Assembly: GCA_964016885.1 (NCBI GenBank)
Contig: OZ024750.1
Location: 5,518,001 to 5,582,000, forward strand
Source of the DNA: Eledone cirrhosa
Taxonomy: Eukaryota
Reading direction: 5' to 3'
Length of the DNA stretch: 64,000 nucleotides
Positions within the stretch are counted from its first letter, which is position 1. The number at the start of each line of letters is the position of its first letter. The translations under genes were made by a program, and so were the position numbers. The notes below the pieces were generated by a model. It did not search any database, had not been told where the DNA came from, and saw only the letters and a list, made by a program, of their open reading frames with translations. Of this stretch, positions 27,946 through 39,900 are shown piece after piece.

Positions 27946-30900
27946 TGAAATTATAGCTCAGAGAAACGAGTCATAGCTTGTTTCTATATAAGTTAATCTA
28001 AATGTATTCTTCTATAAATTCTCTCTAGATTTGTGTCATTCTATTCAAGGAGTAATCTTTAGTTATGAGACTTTGATGATATTTGTTTCAATTGGTTTCC
28101 ACAAGATCCAGTCATAGATTTTTGATAAAAACAGATATTTTGTATGGAATCACGAAGCATATCATTGTGGCTGTCAATAAACTGTTTTTCTCATTAACTA
28201 CACTCCTAACTCTAATCCTGTCCTTATGACAAGTCATAGCTTGCAGGCAACAAGTTCAGGATGCACCCAGTACACTCTGTAATGTGGTTGGTAATAGGAA
28301 GAACTGAAATGGGTGGAAATTCGCCAACACTACACCTGATATTCCCCCTCCACAAACACGCACGCATGTGTGTGTGTCTCTGTATATCATAACTCATACA
28401 TTGTTCATTTTGTGACATTTGTACATTATTCTATGTACTATACATGCACCTTTGATGAGTTGTAGTGCACCTGAGCACTGTACACAATCATTTTCATTTA
28501 TATTATTATTATTATTATTATTATTATTATGAAAGTCATTTAATGTGATTTTAACCTAATTTCAGAATGAATATATTGCCCCTTGTGATGCCCGGCTTAG
28601 TTTTATATCTGGATTTACAGGGTCAGCAGGTGAGTATGTATGTGTATGATTGTGTATGTTTCATTACAATATCCATGTCTGTATGGCCACAGGTCCATGG
28701 CATTATGACACTGAAGGCTTGGTCAAAAGTTAGACATGGCCTGGGCCAATACTGGCCTTAACCTATCAAAGTTATGTAGACTAATGTGGGTTAAAGTATA
28801 GATGAGATAACTCTATGGGAGAAGAATCCTTTCAAAATATCCTTTGTCTATTTCTTTTTTCCCAGTCATTTCTCAATATCATATATTATCTGATTTCATT
28901 GTATTTCTCTGTTACAGGAACTGCAGTAATAACTGACAACAAAGCTGCTCTTTGGACTGATGGTCGTTATCATCTCCAAGCTCAACAAGAGGTGGACGAA
29001 AATTGGTCTATTATGAAAGATGGTAATTTTCAAAACTTAGATTTAATTTATTAAGCAAATAACACTGTGTCGATGACACAACAGTCCACACTGTAAGGTG
29101 GCCGTGTAGGAGACACAGTGAAAAGGCTCCCAGTCCACACTGTAAGGTGGCCGTGTAGGAGACACAGTGAAAAGGCTCCCAGTCCACACTGTAAGGTGGC
29201 CGTGTGGGAGACACAGTGAAAAGGCTCCCAGTCCACACTGTAAGGTGGCCGTGTAGGAGACACAGTGAAAAGGCTCCCAGTCCACACTTTAAGGTGGCCG
29301 TGTAGGAGACACAGGGAAAAGGCTCCCAGTCCACACTGTAAGGTGGCCGTGTGGGAGACACAGTGAAAAGGCTCCCAGTCCACACTGTAAGGTGGCCGTG
29401 TAGGAGACACAGTGAAAAGGCTCCCAGTCCACACTGTAAGGTGGCCGTGTAGGAGACACAGTGAAAAGGCTCCCAGTCCACACTTTAAGGTGGCCGTGTA
29501 GGAGACACAGGGAAAAGGCTCCCAGTCCACACTGTAAGGTGGCCGTGTGGGAGACACAGTGAAAAGGCTCCCAGTCCACACTGTAAGGTGGCCGTGTAGG
29601 AGACACAGTGAAAAGGCTCCCAGTCCACACTGTAAGGTGGCCGTGTAGGAGACACGGTGAAAAGGCTCCCAGTCCACACTGTAAGGTGGTCGTGTAGGAG
29701 ACACGGTGAAAAGGCTCCCATTCCACACTGTAAGGTGGCCGTGTAGGAGACACAGTGAAAAGGCTCCCAGTCCACACTGTAAGGTGGCCGTGTAGGAGAC
29801 ACAGTGAAAAGGCTCCCAGTCCACACTGTAAGGTGGCCGTGTAGGAGACACGGTGAAAAGGCTCCCAGTCCACATTGTAAGGTGGCCGTGTAGGAGACAC
29901 AGTGAAAAGGCTCCCAGTCCACACTGTAAGGTGGCCGTGTGGGAGACACAGTGAAAAGGCTCCCAGTCCACACTGTAAGGTGGCCGTGTAGGAGACACAG
30001 TGAAAAGGCTCCCAGTCCACACTGTAAGGTGGCCGTGTAGGAGACACAGTGAAAAGGCTCCCAGTCCACACTTTAAGGTGGCCGTGTAGGAGACACAGGG
30101 AAAAGGCTCCCAGTCCACACTGTAAGGTGGCCGTGTGGGAGACACAGTGAAAAGGCTCCCAGTCCACACTGTAAGGTGGCCGTGTAGGAGACACAGTGAA
30201 AAGGCTCCCAGTCCACACTGTAAGGTGGCCGTGTAGGAGACACGGTGAAAAGGCTCCCAGTCCACACTGTAAGGTGGTCGTGTAGGAGACACGGTGAAAA
30301 GGCTCCCATTCCACACTGTAAGGTGGCCGTGTAGGAGACACAGTGAAAAGGCTCCCAGTCCACACTGTAAGGTGGCCGTGTAGGAGACACAGTGAAAAGG
30401 CTCCCAGTCCACACTGTAAGGTGGCCGTGTAGGAGACACGGTGAAAAGGCTCCCAGTCCACATTGTAAGGTGGCCGTGTAGGAGACACAGTGAAAAGGCT
30501 CCCAGTCCACACTGTAAGGTGGCCGTGTAGGAGACACGGTGAAAAGGCTCCCAGTCCACACTGTAAGGTGGCCATGTAGGAGACACGGTGAAAAGGCTCC
30601 CAGTCCACATTGTAAGGTGGTCGTGTAGGAGACACAGTGAAAAGGCTCCCAGTCCACACTGTAAGGTGGCCGTGTAGGAGACACGGTGAAAAGGCTCCCA
30701 GTCCACACTGTAAGGTGGTCGTGTAGGAGACACGGTGAAAAGGCTCCCAGTCCACACTGTAAGGTGGCCGTGTAGGAGACACGGTGAAAAGGCTCCCAGT
30801 CCACACTGTAAGGTGGCCGTGTAGGAGACACGGTGAAAAGGCTCCCAGTCCACATTGTAAGGTGGTCGTGTAGGAGACACAGTGAAAAGGCTCCCAGTCC

Positions 30901-33900
30901 ACACTGTAGAAGTGGTTGGTGTTAGGAAGGGCATCCAGCTGTAAAAAAAAAACCTGCCAGAGATGCTTCCGTGCGAGCGAGACATGGTCTCCCGACCATT
31001 CCCGCAACAAATGGAACAAAACCGTCTAACCTATGCTAGCATGGAAGATGGACGTTAAACGATGATGATGATGATGAACTCGTTCTTCTAGGTGTTAGGC
31101 CAATTTTCTGGTAAGGGTTGGTACAAATACTAAAATGAAAATAGCAAGTTTGGCTTCTACATCTACTTCCCTGTTGATTTACTCTTGTTTAAAATGAAAT
31201 TGTTTATATTTGTATTCCAGGTATTCCAGATACTCTAACTAAAACAGAGTGGCTTGTTAAGGTATGTTAAGTTTAAATTCATTTCAGTCATTACATCAAG
31301 ATTTCAATGATTTGTTTTACGACTCTTTACGGTTTTTTTTTTTCCCAAGGCTAACTTTGCTTTCCATCCTGCTGAGGTTGATAAAATAAAGTACCAGTCA
31401 TGTATTGGGTTGATTTAATTGATTTTCCCCCTACTGCCAAATTGCTAACCTTGTGCTTAAATTAGAAACCATTATGTTACCGAGGGCTTAAGTTTGACAT
31501 CATTGTATTGACTAACACTTTCCTTGGACATGAGTGGACAGTGATTATATATAAAGGCAGGTTTCTTACAAGACTGAGTTGCATTAAACTGAATAAAATT
31601 CAGGGTTTGTTTATTTATCTGTCTATTTGTCTTTTTCCCTTTTCTGTTATGGCACAGCCTATTACTTATAAGCAATACAAAAGATCTGTCCACCAGTACA
31701 AGAAGCATTGTGACACAAAAAGTGGACTTGATGAGATATGAAAGGCTGCAGTGTAGGCAGTCAGAGACAATACAGGGTTTGAAGGGACTCTTCAGTCTGG
31801 TCAAACATGTGACAACCTCTCTGGTGTTGGAGCCATGATAAAATACACTTAATAGAAAGAGAGTAGAATATCTAAGGGAGAGAACTTTGAAGTACATTTT
31901 TAGTGAGATTAATATTGTGGCTCAAGTTATTTTCCTTGAATTATGTCCTTCAGGTGATATTTTCATATAATCTTACTTCCATTTGGTTACTCTCGGGTCC
32001 TAAATAATAGTGCGTGTGTGTGTGTGTGTGTGTGGAATAAGCGGGGTGGGTGGGTGATGGGAAATTGGTAATCTTTATATAATTGTTTCTACTTTTGGCA
32101 CAAGGCCAGCAATTATCCCAGTGTATTACTGGGACTATTTTATCAACCACAGTAAGGATGAAAGACAAAGTTAACCTCGGCAGGATTTGAACTCAGATCA
32201 TAAAGGGAGGTAACTCTATGCTTCAAAGCATGGCGCCCGACCCTCTACCGATACTGCCAATCCACCGACTATATATAATTGTTTCTACTTTTGGCACAAG
32301 GCCAGCAATTACCCAGTGTATTACTGGTACTTGATGTATGTAAACTAGACATGCTATATAGCCTTGCTTCAAGAGAACTGTATATTTCATCATCACCACC
32401 ACCACCACTACTATATATACACCAGATGACACCACCACCACCACCACCACTACTATATATACAACAGATGACACCACCACCACCACTACTATATATACAA
32501 TAGATGACACCACCACCACCACCACTATATATACAACAGATGACACCACCACCACCACTACTATATATACAATAGATGACACCACCACCACTATATATAC
32601 AACAGATGACACCACCACCACTATATATACAACAGATGACACCACCACCACTATATATACAACAGATGACACCACCACCACCACCATATTACATATATTA
32701 CAAATATTTTCAATGTTTACATGGCTTAGATGAATTGTCATGTTCTGAGGTTACACAGGTTAGATGACTGTGTCATGCTCATACATTCTTGTATGGACAT
32801 TCTATACATCTGTGGACAGTCAATACATGTCTGGATGCCCTTCCTAATACCAAACACTTCACAACATGTACCAGGTACATTTTATTGTGTCACCAGCATT
32901 AATGGAATAAATATAGGTTTGAGGTAAGCTGAAGATTTTGTAAATTAAAGAAGTTAAGATGTTATATTTTTATATTTAAGTTTAGTATCCATTCATTTTG
33001 TTAATGCTGGAAAGTTGTAAAAATATTTTTGATCTGTTGGTAGGAAATACCGTCTGGTGGCAATGTTGGTACCGACCCCTGTCTCATATCAGCTGGTAAG
33101 TTAGCCATTTCTTTCTTCTCTAATACCTATCCATGTATACAGGATAACAGGTAGTGCTGGTGTCATGATAGGCTTTACTTCACATATTATCTCACATAAT
33201 ATCAAATCTATGAGATTTTGATATTATTTATTTTGAGAACCATACCTTAATATAAGTATGAGCAGCCAGTTATGGTCGGTTTGAACAGAAAGAGGTGAGA
33301 GAACTGTGGCCAGATACGGCCGGTTTAAATGCTAAAGGGTAAAACTCATTCTTCATACCAAACTGCATGAAACCACTTCTAGTTCTTTGATATAAAACTA
33401 TTTATCTAAAAAAATGTTTCAAACACCAAATTAATTTCGAGAAAGTTCGTTCTCTTGCTAAATTCTTGATTATTTTCAAAATTATCTAAAAATCATAGGC
33501 ACTGTCTTTCATTGGAAACTTTAAAAATAAACATTGATATTAATTTTTCTCATTACAGTGGAATGGGATCGTTTACAAGCAGAACTGCATAGCTGCAATT
33601 TAAATTTGTTAGCTATAAATAAGAACTTGGTTGATGAAGTCTGGGAAGGTCGTCCATCATTGCCAAACAATCCCTTACTTGTTCTGTCTGAAGATTTAAC
33701 TGGTAATAATGCCTCTTTGGGGTTTTTATTTGAATACATTATAGAAAAATATGTTTAATTTTTTGGAGTTTATTAATTTCTTAAAGTCTTTTGATAACTG
33801 CTACATCACATATTTTAGAGTTGTACAAAAATGCTGAGCATTTGAAGTGGAAGGAACCTGTGGAAGAGGGAGACTAAAGATCCGCCATGGGGCAAAGTTG

Positions 33901-36900
33901 TGAAGAATGACTTCAAGATACTGAACATTGTGAAGGAAATAACACAGGTCTGAGCAGATTGGTGATGTGCCATGATATAAACTCCTGTCCAACATTACAA
34001 GCATGGCGACTCTGAAAGTAAATGTTGATGAAAGACTGGAGGTTAGTGTTGGCAATCAGAGACAGCGTAGTGATTGGGAAGACCCTCTCAATAAAATGCC
34101 CCTAGTACACTCTGTAAAATGTTAACAAATTTTGTCATGAAAAGCACACCCTTGAAAGTGGTTGATGATGATGAGTAAATAGTTAGGATTATTAATTATT
34201 ACATTGCCTTAGTTTAGTCACTTAACTTACATAAGGAAATCGAATTATGATATGACTTTCATTTTAATTATATTTTTTCTTGGTTTATTTTAGGGTGTTC
34301 TTGGCCAGAGAAAATTGATTATGTTCGTTCTAAAATGTTAAAGGAAAAAGCTACCCTTTGTGTCTTTACACACTTAGGAGAGATTGCTTGTGAGTTGTAT
34401 GTTTTTTGTTATTTTATGATAAAAAGGAGCTTGAAAAATTTGTTTTTAACTCTTGTATATTAGTAATTAAATAAAAAAAAAATTTCTGGATATTTTTTTT
34501 ATAAAGACAGATTTTATAAGAATATTTTAGCAGGAGACTGCTGTTACATAATTCTTAAAATCTGGACAATTAAAATTTTTTTTTTTTATTTACTTGACAT
34601 CCACTTTTTTTCCATGCTGGCATTGGTTGAACCTTTTCTACATTTTTTCTTGTTCTTTTTGTCATATTCCTTTTCATATCACATTATTTCATTTGTGTTG
34701 TCCAAAGTTTATATTTCAAAAAAATCTCTGCCATCTTGGATATTAAAATTATATTTTCTTCTTCCTATTTTTCTCTTTCTTAGATCTCTTCAACATGAGA
34801 GGAAGTGATATTAAATACAACCCATTGTTTTTCTCCTATGCTATTGTAGAGATGGAGCGGATCCAGTGAGTTTCTTTATTATTAGTCAATACAACTGTAT
34901 TATTTTATGTTACTAAATACTTCATATAAAATATAGAACATTGCCAGATTTTCCATTTCCTTCTAAACGTCTGGCCTCTTTTCTGTACAAGAAATTATTA
35001 GAACAATGCAGAGGAGAGAGATGAAGTGAGCATGCGTTGATGGATGTGTAATTTTAATGTGTCTCTAAAGTCTGCCTTGGGCTTGGTGTCTCAACAGGCC
35101 GGTGCTTATCCTGGTTTCTGTGGCATGAAGAAACAGAGAGAACATGACTTACCCTTGGACAGGATGCCAGTCCATCGCAGGGTTAAACCCGCAGCTATTA
35201 CTGGTACTCATTTTCAGCTGAGTATACTGGAGCAATATGAAATAAAATGTTTTACTCAAGGACACAACACACAACCCAGTACAGGAATCAAACCCATGAC
35301 ATTATGATCTTAAGTCCAACACCTTTACCACAAGGCCACGTGCTGTCACAATGTTAATATGTATGAACGGAGAAATCAAATGTAATGTGTAAGAGATAAG
35401 ATTGTGCTGGACGTTGATCATTGGTCAAAGAAGTGCCAGGAGCTCTTAGTGGAAGGAAGGTGCAGTTGAGGAAGACCATGGAAAATCTGGGCAAAACTAG
35501 TCCTAATTTTCATGATGCATTTTTCATCATTTTATGTTCACTTTCTATGCTGGCATGGGTTGGGCAGGTCGTCCATTACACAGTCTGAGCCATTTCTTAT
35601 TCAGAGTTACTGTACTTCCACACTGTATGTTCCCTTGTCTGGCTTGTGTGTTCCCCTTTTGTATAATTTTATTTTTTTAAAATTTAGTTTATTCATTGAT
35701 AAGAAGAAAATAACTCCAGAAATCCAAGACCATTTGACTTATAAAGGAGGGAAGCTTGGTTTTACGGTGGAGATCCATCCTTATGAGGATGTTGTTAAAT
35801 ATCTTCCTCGTGATGCAGATGTAGTTGGGAAAATTTGGGTAAGTTTTCCTAGATTATATATTATATATATATATTCATCATCATCGTTTAACGTCTATCT
35901 TCCACACTAGCATGGGTTAGACGGGAATTGTCCCAATTGAGGCAAGAGTGGTTGGGTGACCGTGTCTTGCTCATATAGGACTATCTGGCAGGTTTTCTAC
36001 GGCTGGATGCCCTTCCTAATACCAACCACATTTACAGTGTGGACATATATTATACATATATATTAGGTCTGAACATAGTGGAATCAAATTTCCATTGTCA
36101 CTGCCTCAGTCTCTCCATCTCTCACTATTATAAGCAAATGGGGGCCTACACACTGGCCGCCTTGTGTCCCTGGCAGACAGAATAGAGAAGGTGGTCCCCC
36201 GGAGGATGGTGAGGGAGATGTGTTGGAAGAGTTGTTCCAGGTCTCTCTCTCTCTGCCTCTCCCTTATTATTATCATCATCACGTCCCTTTACGATCTGAG
36301 TTCAAATCCCGCCGAGGTTGACTTTGCCTTTCATCCTTACGGGGTCGATAAAATAAAGTACCAGTAATGCACTGGGTAATTGCTGGCCTTGTGCCTAAAG
36401 TAGAAACAATTATTATCATCATCACCATCGATTAATGTCTATCTTCCACACTAGCATGGATTTGATGGGTTTGTCCCATTTAGAAGCAATTTGGGTCGGG
36501 TGACTGTTTCTGGCTGGTTCTCTACGGTTGGATGCTCTTCCTAACACCAACCACATTGACAGTGTGGGCTGGGTGCTTTTTGCCATGTCTTTTACACGTC
36601 CACTTTACTGTGTGGACTGGGTGCTTATATTCATCATCATCATCATCATCATTTAATGTCCATCTTCCACGCTATATATATATATATATATATATATGAC
36701 TTATAGATCTGCGGAAAGGTAGAGGATAGTTTATTCAAAATATACGACTGTTTCAGTTCTCTTGTATTATTCAAATTTTCTTTTTTGTCTTCCAAATATT
36801 TAGTTGTTGATTTGTGTTATTTGATCTTTTTTTTTCATCAGATCAGTTGTTACAGTCCTTATAACATTGTCTCCATGTATAAAAAAGTAAGTTTCTTCAA

Positions 36901-39900
36901 TTATATTTCATGTTTTTAACCCTTTAGAATTTAAACTGGCCATATCTGGCCATAATTCTCTCAAATCTTTTTGTTCATACTGATGTTATCTCATAGATTC
37001 GATATTATGTGAGATAATTATGAAATAAAGCCTTTACCATGAACATATAATAGTAAATATAGAGTAATATAAATGGTAATGTAATGTAAAGTGAAGGCGC
37101 ATGGCTTAGTGGTTAGAGCACTGGGCTTGCAATCGAAAGGTTGTGAGTTCAATTCTCGGACTGTGCGATGTGTTGTTTCCTTGAGCAAGACACTTTATTT
37201 CACGTTGCTCCAGTTTACTCAGCTGTAGAAATGAGATGATAGGGACTGGGGTCCCTATCATTATATCACCCAAGACACCTCCAACGAGATATACCTTGGA
37301 GGAGGCCAGCTAAACCTGTATAGGTGTGAGCTGTTTCACACACACACATACAGAGTAATGTAAATGGTAACAGGTTAAAAAAGACATGAATGTCACATAA
37401 TCTCCTTTTCAAATTTGTGACTCTCTTTTTATAAATTATATTGTAATGACAAAGCACAGGGGAACGACAGAGCACAAGAGAGCTGAGAGAGAAGTTGAAT
37501 GAAAGAAGAACTGAATGTAGCATGTAAGAGTCAATTGTGCTGGTATGGTCATGTGATGTATAAGGAGAGTGACAGTTGTATAAAAAAAAACTGAGCACTT
37601 GAAGTGGATGGAACTTGTGGAAGAGGGAGACTAAGGATAAAGTTGCAAAGAATGACTTGAAGATACTGAACCTTGTGGAGGAAATGACACAAGACAAAGC
37701 TGACTGACAATATACCACAATACAAAAGACCTGTCCACCAGTACCAGCACTGTGACAGAGATGACACAAGACTGAGCTTAGTGACAATATACCACAATAC
37801 AAAAGACCTGTCCACCAGTACCAGCACTGTGACAGAGATGACACAAGACTGAGCTTAGTGGCAATATACCACAATACAAAAGACCTGTCCACCAGTACCA
37901 GCACTGTGACAGAGATGACACAGGACTGAGCTTAGTGGCAATATACCACAATACAAAAGACCTGTCCACCAGTACCAGCACTGTGACAGAGATGACACAA
38001 GACTGAGCTTAGTGACAATATACCATAATACAAAAGACCTGTCCACCAGTACCAGCACTGTGACAGAGATGACACAAGACTGAGCTTAGTGGCAATATAC
38101 CACAATACAAAAGACCTGTCCACCAGTACCAGCACTGTGACAGAGATGACACAGGACTAAGCTTAGTGGCAATATACCACAATACAAAAGACCTGTCCAC
38201 CAGTACAAGTATATTTATTTGTGAGGGAAAACTTGATTGAAGAAAGATGAAACGTTTTATATTGTTTTGCTTCTTTCAGGAAAATGTGATATCTAGCATA
38301 ACTCCAATTTCTTTAAGAAAGTCCATTAAAAATTCTGCAGAAATTGCTGGAATGCGCAAAGCACATGTAAGTACAATTTAAAAAAAATATATATATGTTA
38401 AATATTTCTTTTATTCAGAAGTTTGTTTGCTTGCTAATGTTGTAGAAATTGGTGTTGATATGATCAAACTCCCAGAATCCATTACTATGTTTCTGATAAT
38501 AGTCTTTACTATCTACGATAAAACCAGCTATCTCCATGTTTTATGGTATTTTCACTGTAATCCTTTTGCTACCACACTTCTAATGAAATACACTGCCAAT
38601 GTGTTTCAAATAATTTTCACCTTATATACAATGAATTCAGGTAAAATAAGACTAAATTGGAATTATGGTAGAATAATGCTCATTACAAATATCATTTAGG
38701 AGTTCAAATTTTGATTTTATTTTGTTACAATATATTTTTTGTGATTGATTTATGTTAGCATAAAATTTTAAAAATATTTCCGTCTATAAATTATTTTTTA
38801 TTGAAATAACAGCTTTTTTGCTTTTGAACATTGAATATTGTGTTTTATTACTTAGATTGAAGATGCAGTGTGTTTGTGTGAATTTTATGCCTGGTTGGAA
38901 AAAGAGGTAAGTTTATTTTCTGCATTTTTGTTACTTATTTATAATTTTATAATAGCTGTAAGAAGTGCCATGAATTATGGGAGTGAGTTAAGGTTGATGA
39001 ACATGGAGCAACAGAGAAGGCTTGTAAAATACAGAGATAAGAACGGTCTGGTGGATAAGGTGAGAATTACTGAGAAAGAGAGGAAGACAGTGGATAGAAT
39101 TGGTGATGAATGTTGTGCAGAGAAATAAAACAAGATGATTGGGTCATGTGTTGAGGAAAGATGAAAGTGAGTGGAGTGGAGTGGTGGAAGGAAGTTGAGG
39201 ATGTTGAAGAAAAACATGGCTAAAAATGATGGAAGAGGAAATTAAAGTGAAGGGGTTGGTGATAGGGGGGATGCAGATAAAAGGAATATGTGAAGCTTTT
39301 CATGGGACCCACAAGGCTAACTCCTTCTTTAACCCTTAGCATTTAAACCGGCCATATCTGGCCAGAATTCTCTCGCCTCTTTCTGTTCAAACTGATTATA
39401 ACCAGTCACTCATACTGATGTTTAGATATTGATCTCCAAATAAATAATATCCAAATGTCATAGATTCGATATTATGTGAAATAATTGTGTAAGGTAAAGC
39501 CTTTACCATGAAAATACAATAGTAAATGTAAAGTAATGTAAATGCTAAAGGGTTAACAGGGAAGAAGGCCTTAAAATGGTTGTTTGATTTTGCTAAAATT
39601 TCAGTTTAGTTATGTATGAGGTTTAACAGGTTTTAAAATGGCATTTTCTGATGTAAAAAAGCATGTTTACATTTCAAAACCGGAATTGGTAAAAATTTGA
39701 ATTAAATTTAAGTGTAGGGCTGTACAGTAGAGAAGATATAAATTGGTAATTAATTAAGCTGCTTGTTATAGCTTCCACTCTAATTTATAAATCATTTATT
39801 TTCATTAATTCTCTGTTGGGTACATTATAGGCACCAAAGAATCATGTAACAGAAATGAAAGCAGCAGAAAAACTAGAAGAAATTAAAAGGTAATATAAAT

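Noticed and set aside
29083-30909. CRISPR-like regular array (also 14251-14740, 16205-16560, 37680-38208)
   Set aside because: No unique spacers (whole units repeat), no cas genes, eukaryotic context.
29011-31019. Long - strand ORFs (644, 576, 260 aa)
   Set aside because: Translation of a stop-poor 49-bp tandem unit cycling through three frames; intronic and antisense to XPNPEP1.
37093-37165. tRNA-like heads with A and B boxes (here and in the Nin-SINEs)
   Set aside because: They continue into SINE bodies present in multiple copies; not tRNA genes.
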